Both the position numbers and the translations under genes were made by a program. Source: Acidimicrobiia bacterium (lineage in GTDB: Bacteria; Actinomycetota; Acidimicrobiia; Spongiisociales; SHLN01). From it: 64,000 bases of DNA. Under the pieces are notes generated by a model. The model was not told where the DNA came from, made no database searches, and saw nothing but the letters and a program-made list of their open reading frames with translations. Shown one piece after another: positions 1 through 10,434 of this stretch. The stretch lies in assembly GCA_041567895.1 (NCBI GenBank), contig JBFGAX010000006.1:2330-66329 (forward strand). Reading direction: 5' to 3'. Every line of letters starts with the position of its first letter. The stretch's first letter is position 1.

Positions 1-936
1 GTGCTGGTTGGCGTCGATGATGCTGTGGTCGTGGATGCCCAGGCTCATGCCTCGGTGCACATGGCTGTACAGTTGCTGCAAAGCGATGGCATTCCCGTTC
101 ATATCGTGCGCCACAACGATGTCAATGCCCTCACAGAGGCTGTCGGAGAGCACGCACCGAACTTCGAAAAGATCTGGTATCTGGCTGACGGCGTCTATTC
201 GATGTGGGGCGATGTCGCTCCCGTATTCGAAGTGGCAGCTCTGATGCACGAATATCCCAACCTCCACGTCTACTACGACGATGCTCACGGGGTTGGTTGG
301 GCGGGAAAACACGGGCGTGGATTCGTCCTCGATCGGGTTCCGCTCCATGATCGGATGGTTGTCGCCGTATCGCTCGCCAAGTCATTCGGAAGCGGGGGAG
401 CGGCGCTGATTTTTCCGAATGCTTCCACCGCTCACCGGGTGAAGGTATGTGGCGGGACCATGACGTTTTCGGGACCGATCCATCCGGCCGAACTGGGAGC
501 GGCCGTCGCCGCGGCCGACATTCACCTGAGTGGTGAACACGAGGAGCGGCAAAGCCAGTTGATGAGCCAGATCGACTTCACCCGGGCACTTCTCGTCGAA
601 TACGATCTGCCCACCCCCGCTCTGGATAGGACGCCGATCTGGTTCGTCAAAGTCGGCGGATTTCGGTCCGCAGTAGCGCTGACTCAAATGCTCATGGACG
701 AAGGCTTCTTTGTCAACATCGCTGCATTTCCGGCCGTGCAACTGGGTGAGGCCGGCATCCGTTTCACAAATACCAACTACCACGACGAAGACCAGGTCCG
801 GAGTTTGATCGAAGCCATCGCCCGGCATCTGCCGGCCGTCCGTTCAGCCGGAGATGGGATAACGATCGACCTGCGGCCTCAACAAGCCAGAGTGACCGGG
901 AAAGCCCAATCCGATGTCGACTCTGACGGCGAGTAG
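1..936 (+). CDS. PLP-dependent alpha-oxoamine synthase family acyltransferase (8-amino-7-oxononanoate synthase / serine palmitoyltransferase-like), 5' truncated at the window edge
   Basis: The ORF runs from the window start. The translation contains DDAHGVGWAGKHGRGF and the PLP-lysine motif SLAKSFGSGG, typical of the AONS/SPT/KBL fold. The C-terminal half aligns to class II aminotransferase-fold acyltransferases. Confidence 0.7.
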   Translation: MLVGVDDAVVVDAQAHASVHMAVQLLQSDGIPVHIVRHNDVNALTEAVGEHAPNFEKIWYLADGVYSMWGDVAPVFEVAALMHEYPNLHVYYDDAHGVGWAGKHGRGFVLDRVPLHDRMVVAVSLAKSFGSGGAALIFPNASTAHRVKVCGGTMTFSGPIHPAELGAAVAAADIHLSGEHEERQSQLMSQIDFTRALLVEYDLPTPALDRTPIWFVKVGGFRSAVALTQMLMDEGFFVNIAAFPAVQLGEAGIRFTNTNYHDEDQVRSLIEAIARHLPAVRSAGDGITIDLRPQQARVTGKAQSDVDSDGE

Positions 937-983
937 CTGCCGTATCGCTTTACCGGCAATGTCTTCCAGCCGATACAGCATGG

Positions 984-2714
984 ATGGAGACTGACTCAGA
1001 CTCTCCAGGGGGTCCGCAACGCATCGACGGGCTAGGCGCGCATCCGTGGGCGCCGGTTCTGGTGCTGGTCGCGACCGCTCTGCTTTCCTCGGTGGTCCAG
1101 GAGGAAGTCGCAGACATCATCGGGCCCTTCGGGGTCATGGTCGGCCAGGCAATGGCCGGGTGGCTCATTGTTCGCAATGCCTCTGCGTTCAGCGGACGTG
1201 AGAGAGTGTCCTGGACGCTGGTGGGTGGTGGCTTCCTCGTGGCCTCGGCAGGAGTCCTGGTTGTAGCAACACTGGGAATCATGAAAGGTTCTGCTCCGGC
1301 ATTCGGTCCTACGGACCTGATCTTTGTGCTGGCGTACATCTTGATTCTCTCTGGCTTTGCGTCTCTTCCCCATCTGGCAAGCAATACCGCCCAGAGATCT
1401 CGGGTGTTTCTCGATGGGCTGATCGGGGCGGTTTCGCTCGCCGCCGTTCTGTGGACCTTGTTTCTGGCCGAGCTCCTCCAACAGCTGGAAGACGCCCCGT
1501 TCTGGGAAAGGCTCATAGCATCGATCTACCCGGTTCTCGACATCGTGATGCTTGTGATGTTGCTGTGGGTAGCCGTGCGCCGTAGCTCCTATCGGTTTGA
1601 TCCTCGGCTGCTCACATTCGGTTTCGCGCTCGCTATTCAAGCAACAGCTGACATCACGTTCTTCGTGAATGGAGTTGGGCAGACGTTCGATCAGGCGAGT
1701 CCCGCCTACGGCTTGTACATCATGGCCGCGGCCGGATTCACGGCTGCGGGTCTTCTCCTTCGGAACTCGCCCAAGCCACGTGAGTACGCCGATCGCGGTC
1801 AACCTCTCTGGGCCATTCTCGCTCCTTATTCAGCGATGATCGCCCTCATCGTGCTCGTGGGGTACACGCAGATCACGAATCCGGGACAGGTCGAAAACCA
1901 GGGTCTCCTCGCGATCGCCACGGTGCTTGTGGCTCTGGTGATCCTCCGGCAGGGCGTCGAGATCCGCGAGAACCGGAAACATGTCGAGCGAGAGCGTGAG
2001 GCGCTCATTGCGTCGATCTCTCACGAATTGCGAACCCCACTGACGTCAGTGCTAGGAGTGCTGGACATACTCCTGGAGGACGATCAGATGTCGGTCGCTG
2101 AAGGCGACGAGCTGATCACCATGGCCCGTGAACAATCGGTGTACATGAGCCGGATAGTTCAGGACTTGATTCTTCTTGCCAGGGACAATTCGGAGAAACT
2201 CCACATCAGTCGAGCCGAATCCGATATCGCCGCACTCGTGCAACATGCCATCCAGTCCGTTTCGATCTCGACGCGTGATCTCACCGTCGAGGTCGCCCCC
2301 GATCTCGTAGTCAGTGTCGATCCCGACCGATTCCGGCAGGTTGTGGTAAATCTGCTGACCAATGCTCTCAAGTATGGAAGCCCGCAAACCCGGCTCGTGG
2401 TCTCCGCAGTCGACACCGAGTTGGTTGTCGCCATGCACGATGCCGGAGCGGGCGTGCCGGAGCGGTACCAGCTGATGATCTGGGAGGGTTTCGAACGCGG
2501 CCACCATCGCCTCGACTCGGTCGTGCCTGGGTCCGGCGTCGGTCTCACCGTAATCAAGACCATCGCAGAGGCGCACGGAGGGAGGGTGGCCTATCGGCAG
2601 TCGGAGCTTTTGGGCGGGGCTTGCTTCGAGGTCGTGTTTCCTGTCAGACAAACCTCAGATGTCTCGATTCCACGACGGAAGAAATCGCCACCGTCGATCG
2701 CCGGAGCGGCCTAA
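984..2714 (+). CDS. Sensor histidine kinase (N-terminal multi-TM sensor, HisKA and HATPase_c domains)
   Basis: Several hydrophobic helices are followed by the H-box SISHELRTPLTSVLG and then N/G-box motifs (LLTNALKYG, GSGVGL). A two-component kinase lies next to the MMPL transporter. Confidence 0.8.
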   Translation: METDSDSPGGPQRIDGLGAHPWAPVLVLVATALLSSVVQEEVADIIGPFGVMVGQAMAGWLIVRNASAFSGRERVSWTLVGGGFLVASAGVLVVATLGIMKGSAPAFGPTDLIFVLAYILILSGFASLPHLASNTAQRSRVFLDGLIGAVSLAAVLWTLFLAELLQQLEDAPFWERLIASIYPVLDIVMLVMLLWVAVRRSSYRFDPRLLTFGFALAIQATADITFFVNGVGQTFDQASPAYGLYIMAAAGFTAAGLLLRNSPKPREYADRGQPLWAILAPYSAMIALIVLVGYTQITNPGQVENQGLLAIATVLVALVILRQGVEIRENRKHVEREREALIASISHELRTPLTSVLGVLDILLEDDQMSVAEGDELITMAREQSVYMSRIVQDLILLARDNSEKLHISRAESDIAALVQHAIQSVSISTRDLTVEVAPDLVVSVDPDRFRQVVVNLLTNALKYGSPQTRLVVSAVDTELVVAMHDAGAGVPERYQLMIWEGFERGHHRLDSVVPGSGVGLTVIKTIAEAHGGRVAYRQSELLGGACFEVVFPVRQTSDVSIPRRKKSPPSIAGAA

Positions 2715-4993
2715 TTGTCCTCAGCAGTTGATTGTGATGTGGCGTCGATTGCCTCCTCTGGCAACAAGGCCGGAATGACGAGGAGCGCGGTTGCTGCCGC
2801 AACCGTCATGGAAACCCACATGATCATTGACACCTGGCTGTGAATCGCCAGGGGTGATAGCCAGAGCGCAGTCATGGCAACGGCGATACCCAGTGCGTTG
2901 GCAACGATGGGACGTCCCGCGCTTCGGATCGCACGAAACGCATAGCCGACGCCCGAGGCTCGAGCCAGGTCGATGGCGGCGATGAAGTGGATTGCATAGT
3001 CGATGCCCACCCCGATCACGATGCTGGAAAGGACGGCAGTCATGAGATTCAGCTGGATACCCGATGCGGCGAGGAACGCGAGCAATGTCAGAACCGTGAG
3101 CGCGATCGGAATGATGCTTATGACGGTTTCCCGAAGTCGTCTATACGAGATCCCCAACAAGGCGGTGACAAGAAGAAAAGCGGCTACCAGCGACACAACT
3201 TGAGAACGAAGCACGAGTCGCGCGATCTCGTCCCACACCACCGGCATTCCCGTCAACAGCTTGATCTGCGGTTCGTCCTCAGCAAACTCCAGCCAGCCCC
3301 GGAGATCGTCGGTCCCGAAGTCTGAGGGAAAGATGATGTATCTCAGGCCATCACCGCTAACCATCTGACCGAACGGCAACGCGGCGGTTCCACCCAAAAA
3401 TCGTTCGACCTGGTCAGGTGGGAGTGCGTCGGCGAGATCCGCCAGGGAGAAAACCTTCCGTATTCCAGGGAGGGCTTCGAGCTCACGCTGCACGGCTGCA
3501 ATACCTGCCAGGCCGTTGAAGCCGGTGGCCGGATCGTAAACGAACTCACCGAAGAGGGGAGTGGCGCCACCGAAGAGTTCTTCTGTGGTCTCGAACGCGA
3601 TCCGGACCGGGTCGTCGGCTTTGAAGAAGAACAGTTGGTCCGGATCGACGGACAGGCGTGGAATGAACACGATCGCAAACAACAGAATCAGGAATGTGAG
3701 GCCGATGGCTGGACGGCGGGTCGCGATCACCCGCTCCAATGCCCGGGTGACGCGTGGACCGAGAATCGCCGTCGTGTGAGCGGGTGTGATCGTCAGCCGG
3801 GACATCAGCGCCGGCAATGCAAAGAGAGAAATGACGCCGGCGAAGCCGATGCCAACAGCCGCGAACACCCCGAGCTCTGCGATTGGTTTGACGCCGGTGA
3901 ACGTGAGCGAGAGGAATCCGACGGCGGTGCTAACTGTGGTGAGGATCATGGGCACGCCGACGTGGCGAAGCGCCGAGGCGACCATTACCACCTTGTCTTC
4001 GGTTTCGGTTGCCTTGTCCTGAAAGTGGGTGATGAAGTGCAGCCCGTCGGCCGAACCCATGACGATCACGAAAATCGGGACGATGACGGTGATGATGTCG
4101 ACCTGCCGTCCGAGTGCAAACACAGTCCCAAAAGTCCAGAGGGATCCAACGATGGCCGGCATGATCGCAAGAGCGCTCAACCGGCGGTCTCCGATGTTTA
4201 GATAGAACACCGACAACATCAGGATGATTACCAGCGGCGGAACGGCCAGCAGGATGAGCGATAGTACGTCGAAGACCTGGGCGAATATCACGGGATTGCC
4301 TGCGAGGGTGACCTCAGTGCCCTCCGGCACCGGCAACTCCGACAACGTCCTGGCCGTAGCGACCGGATCGTCTAGCGATGTGACGAACAGCATCGTGGCG
4401 GTACCGTCCGGCGAAATCAGGACCTCGGCGACAGGATTTCGATCGATCAAACCGGCGATCGCCTGAGGAGGAGTCGCTGCCACGGCCTCGGACGTCAACG
4501 CCGCGCCTGTCAGCGGATTTACTTCCGGCACCATCGAGGCCACCCCATCGACGCCTTCAACCGCCTCGAGTACCTCGATGAAATCGACGAGGCGGGCAAG
4601 ACTGGCCGGCTGGCGAAAGGTGGCATCATCCGTGAGTTCGACAACGACGGTGATCGGGTCACCTGATTCGTATTTGCTCTGGAGCTCTGAAAAGGCTTCG
4701 CCGGTTTCGTTGCCCTCCAGAATGAACGACGCCACATCGGCGTTGAAGTCCATCCGAAAAAGCATCGCGACGGCTAGCAGAGTGATAACTGCCGTCAGGC
4801 CAAGGATTTGCCTTGCGTGGTCGACTATGAAGCCGGCTAGCCGATCCAAACCAGGTCCTCCGAATAGGTCGAGTCTCGTGACCTTACCCACGGAGAGGTA
4901 GTCGAGCCCCGGACATTGAATCTTGCTGTCGGGCCGCCGCGAGTTGCAGGCGGATTGACGGCTAGCCTGCCGCCACGTGAGCGCGCAATACAT
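2711..4993 (-). CDS. MMPL family (RND superfamily) membrane transporter; the true start is probably internal to the ORF
   Basis: The 760-aa ORF has two blocks of TM helices separated by soluble loops, with MMPL-like signatures ([12 protein letters not shown], multiple GxxxG TM helices). The 5' end overlaps divergent ettA by 17 nt, so the start is likely a downstream GTG or ATG. Confidence 0.75.
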   Translation of the reverse strand: MYCALTWRQASRQSACNSRRPDSKIQCPGLDYLSVGKVTRLDLFGGPGLDRLAGFIVDHARQILGLTAVITLLAVAMLFRMDFNADVASFILEGNETGEAFSELQSKYESGDPITVVVELTDDATFRQPASLARLVDFIEVLEAVEGVDGVASMVPEVNPLTGAALTSEAVAATPPQAIAGLIDRNPVAEVLISPDGTATMLFVTSLDDPVATARTLSELPVPEGTEVTLAGNPVIFAQVFDVLSLILLAVPPLVIILMLSVFYLNIGDRRLSALAIMPAIVGSLWTFGTVFALGRQVDIITVIVPIFVIVMGSADGLHFITHFQDKATETEDKVVMVASALRHVGVPMILTTVSTAVGFLSLTFTGVKPIAELGVFAAVGIGFAGVISLFALPALMSRLTITPAHTTAILGPRVTRALERVIATRRPAIGLTFLILLFAIVFIPRLSVDPDQLFFFKADDPVRIAFETTEELFGGATPLFGEFVYDPATGFNGLAGIAAVQRELEALPGIRKVFSLADLADALPPDQVERFLGGTAALPFGQMVSGDGLRYIIFPSDFGTDDLRGWLEFAEDEPQIKLLTGMPVVWDEIARLVLRSQVVSLVAAFLLVTALLGISYRRLRETVISIIPIALTVLTLLAFLAASGIQLNLMTAVLSSIVIGVGIDYAIHFIAAIDLARASGVGYAFRAIRSAGRPIVANALGIAVAMTALWLSPLAIHSQVSMIMWVSMTVAAATALLVIPALLPEEAIDATSQSTAEDN

Positions 4994-6671
4994 CTACACC
5001 ATGCACAAACTGGGACGGTTCTACCCGCCCGATCGAGATGTGCTGAAGGACATCAACCTCTCGTTTTTCCCCGGTGCCAAGATCGGTGTGCTCGGTCCGA
5101 ACGGCGCCGGAAAATCCTCGCTTCTCAAGATCATGGCTGGCCGCGACGACGGATTCACTGGCGAGGCGCGTCTGACCCCTGGTTTCTCGGTCGGGTTGCT
5201 CGAACAAGAGCCGCAGCTCGATACGAACAAGGATGTGCACGGCAACGTCATGGACGGGGTTGGCGAGGTCGCATCCCTCCTGGTCGAATACGAAGAGGTG
5301 CTGGCCGGATGGGCTGATCCAGAAGCCGACTACGAGAAGCTGGGGGAACGCCAGGCTGCGGTCGAGGCCAAAATCGAATCTGCCAAGGCCTGGGATCTCC
5401 AGCGGAACATCGAAATCGCGATGGATGCCCTCCGGCTTCCCCCGGGAGACGCCGACGTAGCCACCCTCTCGGGAGGCGAGCGACGCCGCGTGGCCTTGTG
5501 TCGCCTGCTTCTCAGTCGACCCGACTTGCTATTACTCGACGAACCGACCAACCATCTCGATGCGGAATCCGTTGCATGGCTGGAGCGCTTCTTGAAGGAT
5601 TATGAAGGCACGGTTGTTGCCATCACGCACGACCGATATTTCCTCGACAATGTCGCAGGCTGGATTCTCGAACTGGACCGCGGCAGAGGAATTCCGTTTG
5701 AAGGCAACTACAGCAGTTGGCTCGAGCAAAAGCAGGCCCGGCTCGACTCCGAGGACCAGAAGGATCGAGCGAGGGCCGCAACCCTGAAGCGCGAACTCGA
5801 ATGGGTTCGGATGTCTCCCAAAGCCCGGCAGTCGAAAGGAAAAGCTCGTCTCAATTCCTACGAGGAGCTGCTGGCCGAATCGAAAGCGGCCGATGGGCGG
5901 ATCAACAAGCTCGAGATATCGATCCCCGCCAACCAGCGATTGGGTGATGTGGTCATCACTGCCGAGCACGTACGTAAGGGATTTGGCGACAAACTGCTCA
6001 TCGAAGATCTGTCCTTCATTCTTCCTCCCGCCGGGATCGTCGGAGTCATCGGCGCAAACGGAGCCGGCAAGACGACACTATTTCGCATGATCGTCGATGC
6101 CTATCAGGGCGGTGGTAATGAACAGCCAGATAGCGGAAAGCTGGTTGTCGGGCCGACCGTCGACCTCGCCTATGTGGATCAAAGCCGGGATACGCTCGAT
6201 GGTTCAAATACGGTGTTCGAAGAGATCACCGGTGGGGCCGAACATGTGAATATCGGCGGTCGCGAAATGCATGGTCGCGCCTATGTAGCCGGATTCAACT
6301 TCAAGGGTTCAGACCAGCAAAAGAAGGTCGGCGAGCTCTCTGGCGGCGAACGAAACCGTGTCCATCTCGCCAAGGTACTCAAGTCAGGTGGCAACGTGCT
6401 GCTGTTGGATGAACCGACGAATGATCTCGACGTCGACACGCTCCGCGCATTGGAAGACGGCCTCGAGAATTACGCAGGGTGCGCAGTCATCATCAGCCAT
6501 GATCGATGGTTTCTCGACAGGGTCGCCACCCACGTACTGGCGTTCGAGGGAGACTCACAAGTGCGTTGGTTCGAGGGCAACTTCAGTGAATACGCCGATT
6601 TCATGAAGCGGGAACTGGGGGCAGAAGCGATGCGACCCCACCGTATCTCGTATAAGCCGTTGGCCCGGTAG
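4977..6671 (+). CDS. ettA: Energy-dependent translational throttle protein EttA (ABC-F family ATPase)
   Basis: The protein is 564 aa with two ABC cassettes (two [16 protein letters not shown] Walker A motifs, two LSGGE signatures). The N-terminus [30 protein letters not shown] is the canonical EttA start. Confidence 0.9.
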   Translation: MSAQYIYTMHKLGRFYPPDRDVLKDINLSFFPGAKIGVLGPNGAGKSSLLKIMAGRDDGFTGEARLTPGFSVGLLEQEPQLDTNKDVHGNVMDGVGEVASLLVEYEEVLAGWADPEADYEKLGERQAAVEAKIESAKAWDLQRNIEIAMDALRLPPGDADVATLSGGERRRVALCRLLLSRPDLLLLDEPTNHLDAESVAWLERFLKDYEGTVVAITHDRYFLDNVAGWILELDRGRGIPFEGNYSSWLEQKQARLDSEDQKDRARAATLKRELEWVRMSPKARQSKGKARLNSYEELLAESKAADGRINKLEISIPANQRLGDVVITAEHVRKGFGDKLLIEDLSFILPPAGIVGVIGANGAGKTTLFRMIVDAYQGGGNEQPDSGKLVVGPTVDLAYVDQSRDTLDGSNTVFEEITGGAEHVNIGGREMHGRAYVAGFNFKGSDQQKKVGELSGGERNRVHLAKVLKSGGNVLLLDEPTNDLDVDTLRALEDGLENYAGCAVIISHDRWFLDRVATHVLAFEGDSQVRWFEGNFSEYADFMKRELGAEAMRPHRISYKPLAR

Positions 6672-6702
6672 AGCCGCCAGAATCGGGCGGTACTCTCGCG
6701 AC

Positions 6703-8148
6703 ATGAGTGATGGAACAGCCCGCTTTCTGGTGTTTACGAGTGCAGCCGCCATCCTCGTTCTCGAAATCATGGCCGGAAGACTCATGGCACCATTCACGGG
6801 CGTCACGCTCGAGAGCTTCACGGCAATCATTGGAACGGTGCTGGCCGGGATCAGCCTCGGTAGTTGGGCAGGTGGTCGCCTTGCCGACACCTACGACCCC
6901 GCACGTCTCATCGGTCCTGCGCTCTTGGTCGGTGGGATTCTGGCAATGCTGAGCGCTCCGCTCATCCAGTGGCTCGGACCGCCCCTGCGAGGCAGCACTC
7001 CGCTCAACGCAGTCGTATTGGCCGGCTTGGCATTCTTTGTCCCCGCGATGGTGCTGAGCGGGATCACGCCGATGGTGATCAAGTTGCGACTGGCCGATCT
7101 CGAAAATACGGGCACAGTCGTGGGAAGGCTGTCAGCGTTCGGAACCGCAGGTGCCATCGCAGGGACGTTCATCACCGGCTTCTTGCTGGTTGCTGCGCTT
7201 CCTTCTCGGTTTGTGCTGCTGGGCCTCGGCGGTGCACTGATTCTTCTCGGCCTCTGGAGTGTGATTACCCATGGCGGCAACAGAGCGTTGTTGCCCGGAA
7301 TTCTCTTCGCGGTGGCAGCCGGTACGTTGACCGCTACTGCGTCCGGCCCGTGTGACATCGAAAGCGCATACTCTTGCATCGAGATTGTGGAAGCCTCGCA
7401 AACTGGCCGACTCCTGTTGATGGACGACGTGCGCCATTCGTTTGTCGATATTGCCGATCCGACCCATCTGGAGTTTCGCTACGCGAAGGTTTTCGGAGAC
7501 GTCATACGCACACAGACAGACGGCAGCCAGGACGCGCTCTATATCGGTGGCGGAGGCTTCACCTTTCCCCAGTGGCTGAAGGCCGTTCGGCCCGGCAGCA
7601 CAAATACGGTGCTGGAACTCGATGAGGCGCTCTCTGACATCGCGCGTGAGCGGCTCGGCCTGGATCCGGGAGAAGTCGATCGGCTCGAGCCGGGCGACGC
7701 ACGTATTTCTGTAGCGACGATACCGGCAGGATCGATAGACCTCGTCGTCGCGGACGCATTCGGTGGTCTGGTGACGCCCTGGCATCTGACGACGCTCGAG
7801 TTCAACCGCGACGTCAAACGAACCATGAGGCCCGATGCCATCCTCGTGATGAACCTCATCGATCATCCACCGGTCGACTTCGGTCGCGCCGAGGTCGCAA
7901 CGCTTCAGTCGATATTCGACCACATTGCGGTGATCGCACCACCGGACTACTTCACAAACCGCCGCGGTGGTAACTTTGTGGTTGTGGCCTCGGACGCCGA
8001 GATCGACACGCTTGCCATGGCAAAAGAGCTGGATCGTCGAGCCGGCGAAGAGATCGTGGTCGAGGGGCCTGCACTGGCCGAATGGGTGGCATCGGCGAAG
8101 CCGCTGACAGACGACTTTGCTCCGGTGGATCAGCTCATTTCCCGATGA
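6703..8148 (+). CDS. Fused MFS-like membrane domain / spermidine synthase-like (polyamine aminopropyltransferase fold) protein
   Basis: The N-terminal half has about 6-7 TM helices. The C-terminal half has a spermidine-synthase/SAM-MTase-like fold (LYIGGGGFTFPQW..., VVADAFGG). This architecture matches the 'fused MFS/spermidine synthase' family. Confidence 0.7.
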   Translation: MSDGTARFLVFTSAAAILVLEIMAGRLMAPFTGVTLESFTAIIGTVLAGISLGSWAGGRLADTYDPARLIGPALLVGGILAMLSAPLIQWLGPPLRGSTPLNAVVLAGLAFFVPAMVLSGITPMVIKLRLADLENTGTVVGRLSAFGTAGAIAGTFITGFLLVAALPSRFVLLGLGGALILLGLWSVITHGGNRALLPGILFAVAAGTLTATASGPCDIESAYSCIEIVEASQTGRLLLMDDVRHSFVDIADPTHLEFRYAKVFGDVIRTQTDGSQDALYIGGGGFTFPQWLKAVRPGSTNTVLELDEALSDIARERLGLDPGEVDRLEPGDARISVATIPAGSIDLVVADAFGGLVTPWHLTTLEFNRDVKRTMRPDAILVMNLIDHPPVDFGRAEVATLQSIFDHIAVIAPPDYFTNRRGGNFVVVASDAEIDTLAMAKELDRRAGEEIVVEGPALAEWVASAKPLTDDFAPVDQLISR

Positions 8149-8164
8149 GGAGGGTGATCTCGAC

Positions 8165-8521
8165 ATGACCGATCCACGCAATGATCGTATTGACTACGTT
8201 GAGATCGCGACTCGTGACGTAGCGGCGTCGAAGCGATTCTTCGCCGATCTCGCCGGCTGGGAGTTTGTTGACCACGGAGAGGAGTATGCCTCGTTCCATG
8301 ACGGTCGGCTCGATGGGGGCTTCGGAATTGGAGATCCAGCTGGCGGCACGTTACCGATTCTCTTCATGGAGAATCTCAACACCTCCCGAGCCAGGGTGCT
8401 CGAGCTAGGAGCCACCATCACGAAGGACATTTTTTCGTTTCCGGGCGGTCATCGGTTCGAATGCACCGACCCGGGCGGCGCCCATTTCGCGATTTGGTCG
8501 GACATGCATCAACCTGGCTAA
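8165..8521 (+). CDS. VOC (glyoxalase/bleomycin-resistance/dioxygenase) family protein
   Basis: DYVEIATRDVAASKRFFADLAGWEF is a classic VOC betaalphabetabetabeta N-terminus. The ATG at 8165 is in frame. The ORF-track start at 8117 would overlap the upstream gene. Confidence 0.6.
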   Translation: MTDPRNDRIDYVEIATRDVAASKRFFADLAGWEFVDHGEEYASFHDGRLDGGFGIGDPAGGTLPILFMENLNTSRARVLELGATITKDIFSFPGGHRFECTDPGGAHFAIWSDMHQPG

Positions 8522-8593
8522 GGCGGTGCATTGCCCGGTTTGTCCCATCGCTGGAGGAACCGGGAGCCGCGAGATGGTGAAGTGCCGGGCGTC

Positions 8594-9070
8594 TCACAGG
8601 CCCGAATTTCTCACGCTTCTGGTGAGTTGCGATCCGTCCATCGTGAACAACAGGCAATTGGCCTCGCGATCGTCCCAGTCCTCCCAACCTTCCTCGATGG
8701 GATAGAGGGGGGCAACGTCGATGGTCGACTCCAGGAACGGAGTGCCGACATAGGCTTCGAAGACGTCGACGCAGCGGTCATAGGCCTGCTGAGCGACCTC
8801 GCTCTCGCCCGGATAGGCTTCGCCACCCGAAAGCGTGACGGTCGCGAGAACCTCGAGATCGTGTGGCTCAGAGCACGGCACGGCCTCCATTGACTCAACG
8901 TACTCTTCATCGACGTCGATGAGGCAATCACCGACCTGCATGGCCTGCACACCGAGGCCGCCACCTTCGATGATCTCCCCTGCCTCATTGCGGGTGGTGT
9001 TGTCATCAACTGCTGTGGCTCCGGCTGCCACGGCCACGGCGACTGCGACGCCGCCAATCAAGCGCTTCAT
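8594..9070 (-). CDS. Secreted hypothetical protein, possibly of the septum-formation family
   Basis: The N-terminus MKRLIGGVAVAVAVAAGATA is a signal peptide. The conserved Cys pattern GDCLIDVDEE...VPCSEPHDLEV...ANCLLF resembles the actinobacterial Septum_form domain, but this assignment is weak. Confidence 0.45.
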   Translation of the reverse strand: MKRLIGGVAVAVAVAAGATAVDDNTTRNEAGEIIEGGGLGVQAMQVGDCLIDVDEEYVESMEAVPCSEPHDLEVLATVTLSGGEAYPGESEVAQQAYDRCVDVFEAYVGTPFLESTIDVAPLYPIEEGWEDWDDREANCLLFTMDGSQLTRSVRNSGL

Positions 9071-9162
9071 CGAGCGTCCCTTTCTCGTATATTTCTCTAC
9101 AAACCAGTCGGTCCGGCCTTCGATCGCTGGATAGGTCGATCGACCTACGTGAGCTCTTCTGT

Positions 9163-10332
9163 GTGATGGGCGCTAGCCTCCTGACCATGGCAACCAACGA
9201 CAAGAAATCTCCGCGTCGTTCGTCCGGCGGGGGCGAGTCAGGCCGAACGAGTGCCGGCCGAACGAGTGCCGGAAAGACCGGGTCCGGAAGCCGATCGTCA
9301 CGGGCGGCAAGCGGAAAAGCTCAAGGAGAGAACCGCCGGTCGTCAGCGGCCGGGTCCGGCAGAGGCGGCGCCGGCAAGACCCGGGCAGGTGGCGGCCGCA
9401 GTGGCGGTGCCGGCAAGAGCGTAGGGCGCACGGCAGGGGCCGGCGGTGCTGGTGCTGGTCGTCAGGACAAGGGTAGGTCGGACGGCCGTTCCCAAAAGGG
9501 CGGTAGTCAGCGCTCGAGTGAACAATCGGCGGGTCGGCCGCGGAGCGGTGCACGAAGGGGTGAATCGCGAGATGGCGACGGCCGCAAGCCACGACCAGGA
9601 GCCAACCGCGACGACCGACGAGATGTCCGACAGGGTTCAACCCGGGACCAGATGACACCGCGAGGCGATTTTGTCTTCAAAGGTCACGAGCTGCCGAAAT
9701 GGGTCAAAGAAGAACTACGACGAACCGCAAAGCGAGGAGCCGGGGACGCTGCGATCGTGGCGCTGACGAAGGCCGCCGCCCATTTTGCCGCGGGCCGTCA
9801 CTCCCAGGCCTTGTCCGAAGCGCGCAACGCAAAGCGACATGCTCCTCAGTCGCCCACGATCATGGAAACGATCGGGATTGCGGCATACCGGAGCGAACTG
9901 TGGGATGAGGCGCTTCGGGAGCTGAAGGCGTTCAGGAGGCGTACCGGAGAAGGAACGCATCTAGCCCTCGAGATGGACATCTTGCGGGCTCTTGGACGAG
10001 ATGCGGATGTCGAAAAGACCTTTGCTTTGGTGCGAACTGGCGAGATGGATGCCGCGGCCCGTTCCGAGGCCAGGGTCGTATACGCCTCATATCTGCTCGA
10101 TCACGGCCGGCCACGTGAAGCCTGGGCTGTGGCAAAACCCGGCAAGATGGGAGAGTCCCCGAGTGAGGCAGCCCTGCGCCAATGGTATGTCGCCGCGAGA
10201 GCCGCGGTCGGGGCCGGAGACATCGAGACCGCTATAAAAATCGGGCAGCGGATACGTAAACACGATGCGGCATTCCCGGGCCTCGAACTTCTCGACGAAG
10301 AGATCGCTGGTTCCGGCAACACAACCACATAA
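9163..10332 (+). CDS. Hypothetical protein: about 170-aa Arg/Gly/Ser/Ala/Lys-rich disordered N-terminal region plus C-terminal alpha-helical TPR-like domain
   Basis: The N-terminus is extremely basic and low-complexity (SGRTSAGRTSAGKTGSGSRSS...GRSGGAGKSVGRTAGAGGAGAGR). The C-terminal 200 aa is helical with repeat-like pairs (ALTKAAAHFAAGRHSQALSEA...). Confidence 0.55.
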   Translation: MMGASLLTMATNDKKSPRRSSGGGESGRTSAGRTSAGKTGSGSRSSRAASGKAQGENRRSSAAGSGRGGAGKTRAGGGRSGGAGKSVGRTAGAGGAGAGRQDKGRSDGRSQKGGSQRSSEQSAGRPRSGARRGESRDGDGRKPRPGANRDDRRDVRQGSTRDQMTPRGDFVFKGHELPKWVKEELRRTAKRGAGDAAIVALTKAAAHFAAGRHSQALSEARNAKRHAPQSPTIMETIGIAAYRSELWDEALRELKAFRRRTGEGTHLALEMDILRALGRDADVEKTFALVRTGEMDAAARSEARVVYASYLLDHGRPREAWAVAKPGKMGESPSEAALRQWYVAARAAVGAGDIETAIKIGQRIRKHDAAFPGLELLDEEIAGSGNTTT

Positions 10333-10367
10333 TGCCGTTAATCTGGTACTGAGCTCACGGTGGACTT

Positions 10368-10388
10368 CGGTATGCGCGCTGCATACCG
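10368..10388 (+). terminator. Candidate hairpin downstream of the 9163..10332 gene
   Basis: cggtatgc-gcgct-gcataccg forms an 8-bp stem with a 5-nt loop, 36 nt after the stop. No U-tract follows. Confidence 0.25.
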
Positions 10389-10434
10389 TCATATGGGCAA
10401 ACAAAAGGACATACAGGTGGTTTGGTAAGTACTC

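Noticed and set aside
8522-8593. Inverted repeat cccggtt...aaccggg between convergent genes
   Set aside because: The 7-bp arms are separated by a 17-nt loop, and no U-tract follows. It is a weak candidate for a terminator.
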